A stretch of DNA of 64,000 nucleotides from NCBI RefSeq assembly GCF_024521635.1, contig NW_026250403.1, positions 2,542,001 through 2,606,000 of the forward strand, read 5' to 3'. Position 1 is the stretch's first letter; every line of letters starts with the position of its first letter. The DNA comes from Tricharina praecox. Taxonomy: Eukaryota. The position numbers and the translations under genes were made by a program. Shown here piece by piece: positions 1 through 13,209 of this stretch. The notes beneath the pieces are model-generated. The model made no database searches and was not told where the DNA came from. It was given only the letters and a program-made list of their open reading frames with translations.

Positions 1-784
1 CGAGGGATAATGCTTCTTTGTTCCCGCTTGATCCTGGACGATGGCTGGCCAGTGGGTGAGTATGGCTGGCTGTGGTGGCTGATTCGAGGAGCTAGTGGCG
101 ATGATGGTGCGTGAATGATGATGATGATGCTGGTTGTCGGGGATGCACGCAGCGTTTACGCCGTTTGAGGCCTGCGCTAACCAGTTGGTGGCCTGCTCCG
201 TCAACCTCCTTCTCCTCCTCCTCCTCCTCTCCGCCTTCTACGTCCTCCCTCGGCCACCTCTCCAGTCCAAGGCCAGCAGAATGACATTCCCTCTTTCTGG
301 CCACTTTTCTCGATAGCTGTGGACAATTCACTGGATGTGTGCATCTGTCTCAAATCTCTCCCCACCCCCCTCCCTCTCTCCCTCTCGGAGAAAACCAGAC
401 GAATGACCACCCCCATCCCCATAGCAGAACCGCACAACCCACGCACCTCGCACCACCCGATCATGTCGCAACGGGGACGAATCGGTACAGACATGTATGG
501 AAGTACACAGATGCAAATCAAGTGAGTGAGCGGGGCCCGCCCGGCCCAAAGTAACGCTCGCGAGGGCTTACCTCCAGTCGCCAGCAGTCGGCATGCGCTT
601 CTTTATGCACGCCATGCTGGTTTCCGTTACATACAGTACAAATGTTGTGTCTGGTTCACGGTATACCATACATATGCTACGTCGATAGAAATCGATCGGA
701 TCGATGCATCATGACGGGTATCTGTGTAGGTGAACGGAGATACAGACGAGCCCCGTCCAAATGCCGGTGTGCGTGCACCGAGAA

Positions 785-810
785 GGGGGGGGGGGGGGGG
801 GGGGGGGGGG
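785..810. repeat. 26-nt poly(G) tract
   Basis: Uninterrupted G run seen directly. Confidence 0.95.
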
Positions 811-952
811 TCGGCGAGCCAATCATCGCCCGTCCAGGCCCACACACATCGAGAGCCGAAGGAAAAGAAACAAAGCGGTGGGCTCGACCCATGATTATGA
901 CACGCAGCACATCGTACACCGCGAATCCGCGGGTATCCACTTTTGCGAGTTC

Positions 953-1172
953 AGATCTATTGATGTGGAATATCTGTGTGTGCTTGTTCGGATCCGTTGA
1001 TGTGGAATATGCGTGTGCTTCTTCAGAGATCTATTGATGCGGAATATGCATGCGCTTCTTCAGACCTATGGATGCGGAATATGAGTGTAATTCTTCAGAT
1101 CTATCGATGCAGAATACGAGTGCTCTTCTACAGATCTATTGATGTGGAATAGTAATGTGTGTGTGCTTCTTT
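953..1172. repeat. Minisatellite, ~6 degenerate copies of a ~35-bp unit (AGATCTATTGATGYGGAATATGNGTGTGCTTCTTC)
   Basis: Units begin near 953, 990, 1027, 1062, 1097 and 1132. Confidence 0.9.
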
Positions 1173-4100
1173 CCTTCCCGCTAGCGTAAGTGTATTTGTT
1201 TATGGTTGCACCCGGTTCTATGCATGCAGTGCAGACGTACTCTACTCTAGATGATGGGGAGGGAGACGAGATAATGCGGCGATCCTGCGCAGTTTCGCTT
1301 CACACCACCACCACCACCTTTATTGGGCTTGACTCCCCCCTTCAATCCTCTGGGCCTGTGTGCGGGTTACTGTCCCCGGATCGAATGTACACGTGAATCG
1401 ACCGGCCGAGGGAAGGAGGGAGGGCTGTTTGACTCTGGCCGGCTAGGTAGTCGAGCTGGGATATCGTCGTGGCAATTGGCCATGCGAAACGGAAAACGGT
1501 GGCGCGATTCGACGGATAACCGCAGATTGGTGGGTGTGTGCGGCACACAATATATACGACTGTGGGTTTATACGACTGTGGGTTGCAAGTTTGGAGCAAT
1601 ACGACGCCCCGCCGGGACCTCAGCATGATGCCGATAAGTTAGTCAGTGGATGATTTGTGAATAGCCAAGATATATGCAGCAAGGCTCTGATGAAAAGATA
1701 CGTTCCATCCGTTCCGAAATCGAGGGAGGGGAGGGGGAGGGAACTGCTGTGCTATGCATGTCCATCAGGAGGTTGGTATCTGGATATTAGGGAGATGGAG
1801 GGGGAGGGGCCGCTGAGCTGGGTAGCGGGTAGTAGGGACGGCTTGAGATGATATCGCAGCGGTATATTGGGTACTGGCAAAACGTCACGGAAGACAAGGG
1901 AAGAGAGCCAACCGAATTAGCGGGAGCAAGCAGGAAGCGGAGGTTGTGTGGGTTGTGTGGGTTGTGGTTGCGAGGGGGGTTGTGAGGGTTGTGAGGATTG
2001 TGGTGAGGGGCAGCATTTCCAGAGGATTATCGATCGAGGCGTGTCGGACCCGGTAATTCCCGCACTTCATCTGGATGCACGTCAGTCACACACAGCAGTT
2101 ATTGGGAAACTGTGGGCTCCCGTTGATCCCATACCGGCTCGACGAACGAATTGCAGCTTCTGGGGTTTTATTTCTTCCAAACGAAAAGGACGTGGATGTA
2201 TCGACGTTTGGGTGGGTACGCATGCATCACAGCGGATGAATGATGGATCGACATTCAGGTACGCATGCATCGCAGTGAATCCTCACGAACTCGCAATTAA
2301 TGCCGCCTCAAGGGATGCGTACCGGAGCGGATGGTGTTTGGTCAGCGCCATGCCATTCCATGCCATGCCATTCCATGCCGTGCCATGCCAGATATCCACC
2401 GTTTGTTTGTTTGCATGCCCGTCTGACTAACTGTCTGTCTGTCTGTCTGCCTGTCCGTCCCTGGTACAACAGATGATGACGGTTCGCATATGCAGGGTCC
2501 GGTAATATATAAGCTCTATTAATGCGTATGGTGTCATCGGCGTGGAGGGCTCCCAGGAATGGGGAATATGAGCACCTTTCCGGCTATGATCGAAGGCCTC
2601 CCACCTCTCATTTCGTGGGGCGGGAGGGAGGGGGGAGGGAGGGGCGCGCTCACGAGTTACGATCCATCGATTCTGGGAAGTCTCAGAGCTAGAGTAGGCA
2701 GAGTAGAGTAAGTTACCGGAGGCTTACCATGCTAGCGTCCGAGACTATTGATCCGGCGGATCTTCTTGCATCACTACCATCCTTCCCCACCCTCAGATGT
2801 GCCGATGCCTGTATGTACAGCATGTAAGCGCTCTTCAGCAGCCCCACCTTCCTCCGCCTAAGCCATCAGCTCTTACGCCGACCAGCCGTCTTGCGCCCCA
2901 CAGCTAATCTCTGTGTTCTGCTCAAAATTGGGGAAAATGGTTACGTCCCGAAGACGTCAATTCCGGATCCCCCCTCCTCTCCCCTCCTTCTCAAAACACT
3001 CCTGCCGCAACGGGGGAGGGGAGGGGAGGGGATCACATTGCGACGGAGCATCTTACCAGGTATGTGTATGCAGCGATCGCTTCTTCCCGTCGGGCCTCGG
3101 CCTGCCTTGCTTTGCGTTATCTCTGGGAACGGGGGTGAGAGGGGGCGTGGGGGCGTGGGAGAGCGATACTACAAGCGGAGGGAAGGAGAGAAGGAGGGAA
3201 GGAGGAGAAGGACGAGTAGGAGGAGGCGCTCGTTGCCCTTTGATCCATGTTACTAACTATGGCGGTGGCCTGGGTGTCAACGGCCAGACGAGAAAACGAC
3301 AGCGTGCATATGGCGAGCGTTGACCGATTCGTGACATCACCCTCCCCTCCCCTCCCCACCTCCACCTCACCTCCACCCCACCTGGACGATGGTGGTAATC
3401 ATTGCAAGACACTCGCTGCCGCAGTGAATACCCGCCCGCCCCTTAGCATATCGCAACGAGTTCGCATCAGGACGACTGTCTCGAATCCGTGCGGTTCTTG
3501 TTTTTGGTTGCGGGGATCAATGTCTGGGAATAAACATTTACACGGCGCTAGTTTTGGGAAACGGAGTGAAGGAGGACCGGGGGGCCAAATACTGCGGCAA
3601 CGACCGTTGTAACCGCCTAAACAACGATACACACCACATCGTCCCTTCAACACAAAACACCGGCCGCAAGAAAAGCCCTCGCCGAAGGTTTGAAAGGGAC
3701 ACCGTCCGACTCCTCCGACTCCCCTTGATTGCGGTAGAACTTAGCCCGACAGGAATTACCCCCCTGGGATATACGGTGAAGATAGTCGGCCGTTTCGGAA
3801 CAGGAACCAGCGTGCTCCGGGGCCAATTATGGGCCATAAGGCTGTGTGGATAAAACGTGGGGCGAACAAGCGCAAAGTACCTATAGAGGTATATAGCGGG
3901 GTTCTTTCCATCGGTACATAACCAAGCTTCGATACCTATCAGGGGGGAAAAGGAAAAAGAAAAAGAAAAGAGACCCGGATACTCACGCCGAGAGGCCGAT
4001 AGACATATTATGCTGGTTAATGTGGTTAGTATAGACACGAGTTGGTTCGTTCACCGCTCAGCCCTGGAACCTGGCCCTGACCCTGGATCTTACCCCGGCC

Positions 4101-4578
4101 GGCCTGCCGTGCGGCGTGCTGAGATCTTCTTGAATCTCGGACGCTGGTCCTTGGTCGTTCGGTTGAGATTAGGCAGATTCGGACGTTGATGGAATCACGG
4201 ATGCTTCGACGACCACGCTAGAAAGCCTCTATGTATATATAAAGTAGAGTACCTACAGTATGTACTTGTGTACATACAAAGTATCTACTCTGCTTACCCA
4301 AGTAAGTATACCCAGGCTCTTCGATAGAGTAGAGTGTGTGGATACCGTACACCGCCCCCCAGCTGTACTTACTCAATGTCAGAGTGAAAGAAGGAAAGAA
4401 AGAAAACGGAAATTAATCCTGCAGCGTTACATACTTCGATGCGAATTGCATCGCTGTAAGGCGCGATGGATGCAGCACCACGGCGAGTTACGGGCCGTTC
4501 CTTAGATCCGTTGGACAGCTGCAGCCTGCAGCCGCTGTTTAGGGCAAACGGGCTGGGATATCAACCTATCCATGTGTG

Positions 4579-4639
4579 GAAAGGAAGGAAAGAAGGAAAG
4601 AAGGAAAGAAGGAAAGAAGGAAAGAAGGAAAGAAGGAAG
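4579..4639. repeat. Purine-rich compound microsatellite (GAAG/GAAA)
   Basis: Seen directly; a (GAA)/(GCAGAAGAA) tract follows at ~4773-4820. Confidence 0.85.
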
Positions 4640-6339
4640 ACAAACGCCAAATAACGTTGCATGTTTGACGTTTGGCCCCATACATCCATCCATCCATCCA
4701 TTCGTCCGCCTATCCCCTTTCATTCATTGATCTGATCTGATATGATCAATCATTAGTAGCCGTTTACGTATAAGAAAGAAGAAGAAGAAGAAGCAGAAGA
4801 AGCAGAAGAAGCAGAAGAAGGCTTCCATGGAACGGACTGCCCCCCGTCCTCCCCCCATGATAACTTCCGTTTGTTTGAGGTTGAGTGTTCTTACACATAA
4901 CGGTTTTATACCCTACCCTACCCTCTTGCCTACTACTAACTAGTACTACTAGTAATACAAGCTATCCCTCTAATTCAGCAGTACATCGCCAAGCACTGCA
5001 ACAAAACAAAACAAAAATACCCGGCTGACAGGATCACCTCCTTCTTCCGCCCTCGTCACCAGAGGCGACGGAGATCTTTGCGGGCACTGCATGGCTATCA
5101 AACAGCCCTTCGAGAGAAAAATTCTCCGGTACGGTACCGGCAGGCAAGCAAGCCCCATGTGGGCACTGGGGCAAGGTAGGTAGGTCTCGTCCAGCCCTCC
5201 AGCCCCCCCTCCGAAAATACCTACAAAGGTACATACAGGTACCGGCGGACTCACCGTCACTCACGTACATACCTCTTAGGTACTGAGCGGACAGCCTTGT
5301 TTTCGCGAACGAAGTAGGTAGGTAAGTGGATCGCATCTGAGCCACGGCGAGGTGAGAATTGAGATGATGCTGGAGCCTGAGGGTAGGTAAGCCCGACTCC
5401 TGGCAAAACGGGTGCTTTGAATCACGAAGAACAAAAATAACATCTGCGACATGCTTTCCTCTGGAAACGAACGGACGGACGGACGAGCGGGAATACCCGT
5501 CTCCCGTGCGGATCCGAGATCGAAGGTTCTTAGACTCATATGATGTTGTCTGCCTTCCCGCTGGCATTGGCATTGGCATGGGATTGTCTTTTTTCCCCAT
5601 GGGATACATCGTACCGCAGTGTTAACCTCCCAGCCACGATGGCCGACTTTAAACCCCAAACACACGAAACCCCCTCAGCCAGCCCTGGTTCCGCAGCTCC
5701 GCTCACGGCTCCGAGGGGGGCTAAGCCATGAATAGGGAAAGACGAAAAAGTGAGCGCAAAATACACGCACATACGCACACCGGCCGGCCGCCAGACCCGT
5801 GACCCGTCGGCCGCGACGGAGGAGAGTCCCGATTCCCGGATCAAGAGTACCACTGGTTTAGCTGGCTGGCTGATATATAGATAGCTATGCAAGTACTTAC
5901 TTAACTGGATGTTGTCCGGAAATTTGAAGTGGGACCGGAAAAGAGAGGCGAGAGAAAAAGGATGAGATAGGTATTCACACGCACGCTCTTCCAGGACATG
6001 AGAACTCGGCAATCGTTCTAAACCGCGGCGGTATAGAAGCATAAGGCTGGAACCCCGGCCTATAGTATAGCTTTCATGCAACCTAGCTAGCTATCTATCC
6101 AACATAGGTATTTATCGAATGCTTACCACTATATAGCCCTTTACATCGTCATTATAGCTATCCGGAGGAGGAGGAAAAGGAGGAGGAGGAGGCCACGACG
6201 ATACCCGCAGAAAAAGCAAAAAGCAACGGAAAAAGAAAAGAAAAAGAAAAGAAACCGTCAGGTAAGGTACTTGTTATAGGTAGCACACATGTGACCGAGG
6301 GGTAATCGTCAGACCGACCGACCGACCGACCGGCCAACG

Positions 6340-6400
6340 CCGAACCCGAACCCGAACCCGAACCCGAACCCGAGCCCGAACCGGACCGGAGCCCGAACCG
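6340..6400. repeat. (CCCGAA)n hexanucleotide microsatellite
   Basis: Seen directly, preceded by (GACC)n. Confidence 0.9.
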
Positions 6401-8147
6401 TAGCCCGTGTCCGTAATACCGTATGATATGATATGATATCGTTCCATAGATGCATAATTTATGGAAAAAAAAACTGCCACGGTTCTTCGGATCGGTAACA
6501 GGATTCAAGTAGGTGTCGACCCATAAATTCATATGATAGGTACGGTATCTTGTATGCTCCTGACGAGAAACTGCAGTCACTACGCACGCCGCAGCAGCAT
6601 AACAGCTTTCATTTTATACCTACCTCATACCTCTACAACGTAAGTAGGTACATACTGTAGCAAAACGCGGTATTTTCCCCCACCGTAATATTCCCATACC
6701 TAGTAATTCCCAAGGTGCAGCGCCAGTACGCCAGTACCAATATTCAACATATTTAGCATTCTGTTGACATTTCCGATCCCTTTAACTAATACGCAATCAC
6801 CGTTGTCGACGAGTGAGACACTGAGACAGCCAGCCAGTAGTATGCAGCAGGAAATGGACGATCATATGCTCAAAACTCCATCCAATGAAAATTGGTACCC
6901 GCACACACACGCCCACACGACCACAGGTGCATGTGTTCCTTTGGAATTCTGGAAGGGAATATTGTCGCGCACACACGTGCCGTGTGGGTTATTCGCCCAC
7001 AGCACTGCACCGCTCCCATCTCCACAGGCATCGATCTTGCTCTTCGGGTTGTTCATAGGAGGAAATGGTGATTTCCCCTCAATCCGCATCCTTCCGTTCT
7101 ACGCACATCGTACTTGCATAACTACGGCATACGGCATGCATACCGACTCAGAGGTTGTCAAATTGTCATGTCAAATGCTGCAGCCGCTGCTGCCAAGCAG
7201 AGAGGTACAGTACGGCACAGTCACGTTACGTCACCCAACCCAACATGATGTCGTTGGAGCTGCAGTCTGCTCAGTGCTGCATCACTTTTTCGTTTTCGTT
7301 TTCTTTTCTTTTTCCTCTCCTTCGTTCCCCGACCCCGCTCCTGACGACAATATCGATCGCCCGCTCGACACACGACTCACGACCTCTTCCGCTAGACATG
7401 TAGTGTTATGCGCTCGCATCACCGGCACGTGTTGCTGCTCCTCTCTATGGATCACGGCTATGCTTAGTTCCAACACCCAACACATGTGGACATTAGCCAA
7501 AGCCACCACCGAGCACTCACCTAGCCATCACCAACCAAGTTGAACCACCAACCAACCAACCAACCAACCAATTGTCCCAAACATTTTGACACCACGAAAT
7601 ACTACTAGTAGCCAAGTCGATCTCCGTTCCATAAAAACAATGCCTATTTTTATGTATGTAGGTTGATGTGTGTAGACGTAACCTCGTTATCGGGCTCAGC
7701 CTGAGGCTCACCGCCATGAGGGAAAAAGCAAAAAACAAAACAGTGGTCGGTAAGAACGAACGGTTACCGGCGCAAGACGGTTGATGCTTAATGCTTGATT
7801 CCCGATTCCCGATTCTCGATTTCCCGGGCCCATCACCATCACCATCACCACTCGCACCATCACCACTCGCGAGTCGCTGAGCCTTGACTCGTGAGGAAAT
7901 GACTGCACAGTGCAGATCGAGTCGAGGTGCTGATCCGGGCCGGCTACCGGTAGTTGGTGTTGGTGTTGGTGTTGTTTCTTGTCTTCACTGAGCAGGTGGG
8001 GGGGGGGGGAGGGTGTTTGTTACTGTGTCGGTGTGTCGCTGTGGCTTTGCGTCGAAGTGGCTTTGCTTTGTGTCGAGAGTCGAGAGTCGAGACGCATGGT
8101 TCGCTGTGGACGTTGTGGACGGCGGTGTAAACGCTGTGAACGGATGA

Positions 8148-9296
8148 TTTTTTTTTGTTTATTCAGTAATTGCATGCGACCTATGTAGATCATGGCAATA
8201 TCGCCCCGTTCACCCCCCCCCCGTTTCCACGCCACTGTCCAACCCGACTTGCATTGAGCAGCCCGATGTGGCTTTCCCTGCCCCCGCTCCAGTCTGTCCC
8301 GAAAAAAGTAGATACACGGTAAAGACTGAAATGGGCCTGCATGCCCGCCTGCCCCTTCCCACCTCTCCTCTCTCCCCTACGGGCTGACTCGCCCGCTCTT
8401 CCCACCTGCCCTCTGTCCCTTCGTTTGAAGGTTTTCCAAATCCTTTTTGTGGGGTTTGCGTGCCTTTTCCGGCCTGGCGTTCTTGTTCCCGCCGATGATG
8501 ACGGTCACATGTACGCCGCCCCTGCCGCGAGCAATATCAGCCCACGACGGGACGCTTCCCTCTCTTCCAAATCTCGTCCCTCTCTTCTCCGCTTTCCCTT
8601 TCCTCTTCCTCTCAACCTTCTTCCATTCCTCATCCGTCTCAGTGTCACGAGGAGGAGGCGCTGCGGACACGGCAGATGCTGGTGGTTCAGGTCGTGTGGA
8701 GTCGGACTCCAATCCCCCCTATGCTCAGATTGCTCAGGCGTCGGGGTGAGGGGTTTGGCTCCCGCCAGCTTCTCCGGTTGGTGCGGGGTGGGCGGCCCCG
8801 TCCGTTTCCGTTTCGGCCGCCGAGGTGGTGTCGATGATGGGGGCGGCAGCGGATGTGTAGCTTGCACTGGCGTTTGCTCCCGGAGCACTCGGTTCTCCTC
8901 AGTGAGCTTGTCGATCTTCTCACTCATCGTCTCCATAAGGGCTTTGAGGTCCCTTATCTCCTGTCAAGTCTCTCGTACCGCTGATACGAGTTCTTTAATG
9001 TTTCCTACTGACTCTTCGACAACAGTCCTAACGAGCCCAAGCTCGTGAAGGAAAATCCCCTGAAGGTCTTCGTACAGGTGGTGAATTTCGTCAATGATCG
9101 GCGACGCGAAGTCGTCGTAAGCAAGGACGGAACGATCCTCTTCCTCCATTGGCTCTGAGGGCGGTGGAGGGGAGGCGGTGCACTGGCGAGCCAGGTGCCC
9201 GAGACGACCGCAGTTGTAACAATTGCGATTCGACATTCCAAGAGGGGTAGGAATGAAGCCGGGGCTTAGTTCCCCTCCGTTCTCGCTGAGATTCAT
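8148..9296 (-). mobile_element. Degenerate gag/ORF1-like retroelement relic (CCHC zinc knuckle + coiled coil), disrupted by a stop and a frameshift
   Basis: CYNCGRLGHLARQC matches CX2CX4HX4C. In-frame TGA at 8964-8966 is followed by a heptad-like segment (QEIRDLKALMETMSEKIDKLTEENRVLRE) and a Pro-rich linker. A shifted frame carries EEWKKVERKRK and SWADIARG, which resemble LINE ORF1 motifs. No introns; no RT seen. Confidence 0.6.
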
Positions 9297-10307
9297 CAGC
9301 AGTGATTAAGCGCATGAACATACCTCTAGACGGTGTCATGATCAGGCTCGCAGTTATCTCCTCACGTTACCCAGATAATTATCAGTGAAGGAAAACATCC
9401 AAATACCGTCACCGTGTCGTCGTATCTCCAAATCTTCCACCGCAAGAATGAATCCGCCCATGCCCACCATAGGCGATCACTCGGCTGTGATCGCTAGCTG
9501 TAAATTCCGCGATTTGCAGTCCGTACTCCACTGCCTAGTTCCGGGGCCGACGTGTCCAACGAACGACTACCTATTGAAGTCTCAAGGCCCCTTGTTTAAT
9601 CGCACGGTACATTTAGAACGGGCAGATGTATAGCTCCATAGATTCACCTCCACTCTCGCTCCATTTTCTCCAGATCTAGGTATACCTACCGTACACATCT
9701 AGTCCCACCACCTCCCACCACCTCCCAATGCTCCTATCTATTCCCCATCTCACAGTCATGCCATGCCCAGCCATTCTTCATGCCCATGATCATCGACATC
9801 ATCGATGACAATCCCCCCCCCCTCATACACGGCTAAACGAACAACATGAAAGAAAAAAGCATACATCCAGCAAAAGAAGTATAAAACAGTGTGTAAATAC
9901 CTCAAACACCCCCCAACCAAAGGCCCAACAACCAACCAAAGCACCACAAACTCTCCAACACCCCCGGAAAAAAAAACTTGACAAAACAAAAACAAAAAAC
10001 ACGTAACAAATCTTACAAACAAACGGTAAAACTCCCCGCAATCTTCACCCGGAAAACACAAGAAACATGGAAAGGAAACGCCTTTGAAACGATGGTTCCC
10101 CGAGTCCGTCAGCTTTATAAAGCGTGCGCTGCAGAAGAAGAAGAAGGCAATGACTACTTTAGTATGTAGGGAAATAACGCGAAAAGGAAAGAGAATCGAA
10201 AAGGAAAAAGAAAACGGGATATAATGGAATCATGTACAGAAAGGGCAGTTGTAGTTGTAGTCGTCAAGTCAGTCCACAAGGTGCAGTAGGTATTCGATGT
10301 CGGAAGG

Positions 10308-12376
10308 CTATTCCTCATCGTCGTCGACGCGATCGTTGTCGAGCCAGCCTTTGCTGCGGTCCACGGCCTTCTCCCAGTTGGCGAATAGCTTGTCCCGTGT
10401 GGCGTCGTCGGTCTTTGGCACGAACGTGGTCCGGTCATCGCGATTGATGCCCTTCAATTCGCTAAACTCCTCCCACACGCCAACCGCAAATCCGGCCGCG
10501 ATGGCGGCGCCGAGGGCAGTGGTCTCCCGCATCTGTGGCCGATCGATCTCCAGACCTATAAAACGCGTTAGTTTTCGATGGGAAGAAGCGGGTGCGGAAA
10601 GTTGTACCTAATATGTCGGCTTGTATCTGCATGCACACGTCCGAGTTGCTCATCCCTCCATCCACAGCGAGCGCGTGCAAGGCGGTACCGCTGTCCCGCT
10701 CCATCGCATCCAGGATGGCCCTCGTCTGAAAGCAAGTGGCCTCAATGGTTGACCGCGCGATGTGCTCCTTGGTGGTGTATTGGGTCATGCCGACTATCCA
10801 TACGGTCAGTTCTGACACTCGCCCAGCACTACTGTGATCTAAACTTACAGATGGTGCCCAGCGCATCGTCGATCCAGTACGGCGCGAACAATCCCGAGAA
10901 CGCGGTGACAAACACAACACCTCCACTGTCTGCACGGGGTGTCAGTGGATATCCCAGTCGAATGAGGACCGAGTGATGTACCTGGTACTTTGGATGCGAG
11001 CTCGCCGATCTCATGCGAGTGCTTGATCATGCCCAAGTTATCCCTCAAGAATTTGACTGCGGATCCGGCGACGGCGATAGATCCTGCGCCTCATCAGTTT
11101 CTGCGTTCCTAGCGATAACGGGGATGGAGAACATACCTTCCAGCGCATAAACCGGCTTGTGCCCCTTGAACGCGTACCCCACAGTCGTCAAGAGCCCGTT
11201 CTTGGAAATCACCGGGTCGTATCCGGTATTGTAGAGTAAGAAGCAACCGGTTCCGTAGGTATTCTTTGCCATACCGGGGGTGAAGGCGCACTGGCCCACT
11301 AGCGCCGCACTCTGGTCGCCCAGACACCCGGCGATCCGGACACCCTTCAACGCGCCGTCCGCCAGCACTCCGTACGCCTCGGGATCCGAGCTGGGAACGA
11401 TCTTCGGCAGGTTGACACCCTTGACGCCGAACCAGTCCAGGAGGAAGTCGTCGTACTCCAGTGTCCGGATGTTGCAGAACATGGTGCGCGAGGCATTGGA
11501 CGGGTCGGTGACGAAGCACCCCTTCCCGAGGCCACCGGTGAGGTTGTAGAGCAGCCACGTGTCGACGGTACCGAACGACAAACGACCAGCCTTCAGCGCA
11601 GCTGCCACCGCGGGGACATGACGGATCATCCACAGCAGCTTCACCGACGAGGGGTACGTGGACAGCGGCAGCCCGCATAGTTCCGGAAGTTTATCCGCAC
11701 CCTCTTTCTTCCGGAGCTCGTGGACGAGCCTTGACGTGCGGGTATCCGGCCAGACGATGGCATTGTGTAGTGGCTTTCCAGTGAGGGTGTCCCAGACGAT
11801 CTGTATCCCACAAAAGTTTTCACGTCAGCCGCGGTCCCGCGAGCGCTCCAGCGATCTCGGAATGACATACCGTTGTTTCCCGCTGGTTGGTGATACCAAT
11901 CGCTTTGATATCCTCGAGCACGTATCCTTGCTCTTGAAACTGCTTTGCCGCACGGTCGATGCATACGTTGACGCTCCTCAGCAGCTCGTACGGATCGTGT
12001 TCGATCCAGCTAGGTATTTCAGTTAGGCTAGGTTCGTTTACAATTTACACCCCCGGACGTCCCCCACAAAGGCAAATAGGAAGGACGCAGAAATAGAGTT
12101 CGGTGGCAATTACCCCGAGTGCGGATACAACTGTTCAAACTCAACCTGGTGGCTAGCCGTAGGAGTTCCCGAGCCATCGAATATCAGAAATCGCGAGGAC
12201 GTAGTGCCCTGATCGATGGCGGCGGTGAAGACTCCACGCTTCTTCTCTACGACTGGCGGCGGTGCGGCGGCAGCGGGTGGGGCTACTTTCGAGGACGCAC
12301 GGCGGGCGTGGTTGGGCACCCTGCTGCCGGAGGAGGATGTTGCCGACTTGGGCGACTTGGAGAGTGAGGAACCCAT
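10308..12376 (-). CDS. GUT1: Glycerol kinase (FGGY family), multi-exon
   Basis: Motifs [60 protein letters not shown] and [12 protein letters not shown] lie in successive exons with canonical introns. First in-frame ATG at 12376; stop at 10308-10310. Confidence 0.95.
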
Positions 12377-13209
12377 CGAGAGATTGGGCAGGAATCGTGG
12401 CAGAGATGAGAGAGGTGGCAGAGGACAAGTGAGGAGCGAGGGCTTTATTGGCAGCGCGGTGGAGGTGGAGAAGAAGCGAGTAGAGCGGGCAGCAGAGGTT
12501 GGATTCGGAGGGCCCGGAACGACAACGACGACCGCTCTGCTCAAAGATCGTTGGAGAGGAATGGTGGAAGAGGAGGAGAGGAAAGGCTCGACCCGGAGGT
12601 CGTCGCCTTTTTGACTGGGGAAACGGGATCTCCGGGGAGCCCGGGGGTAGGGGGGGTGACACAGAGAGAGGGGGGTTGGAGGAGAACCGGATGGGGGTGC
12701 GCGTGAGTGAGAATTGTGTGCTCTGGCTGGGTTGGGGGGCAAGAGAGCCAGCTGCAGGTTGTTTGTTACACGTGAATATCCATTAACCCAGAGGTGCAGA
12801 AGAAAACGTATCTACCCGGTTGCTCGGTTCTGTCAGACTGGGGTCTCCGTTTTCTGCGAGGCGGGGCGTCGGGGGTGGCAGGGAAGGGGCAGGGAAGGGG
12901 CAGGGAAGGGGCAGGGAGAGAGGAAGATGCGGAGAGTGGGTGAGATGCAGAAAGAGAAAGTGAGATGGGGGGCAGGGAGGAGTGGGAGGGGGGGGGAGGG
13001 GGGCAAGGGGGGAGGGGAGAATGGGGAGGGGAGGGCGAAGGGAGAGGAATGTTTGATAGGTACTCACCTTCCTTCTCAAGTGCATGCATACGACAGTGGG
13101 GGTGGAAGGAGTGGATTCGGGGCGAATGGAGACTGGGGGAGAAGAAGAAGACGACGAGAAATGATTACTGGAAGGGGCAGTATAGAGACTGGATTGCTAC
13201 GGTATTCTT

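Noticed and set aside
953-1172. CRISPR-like array
   Set aside because: Units are contiguous and degenerate with no unique spacers; eukaryotic context; no cas genes.
6764-7543. 259-aa plus-strand ORF
   Set aside because: Non-ATG start, no recognisable motifs, composition typical of intergenic DNA.
8341-9048. 235-aa plus-strand ORF
   Set aside because: Antisense shadow of the gag-like relic.
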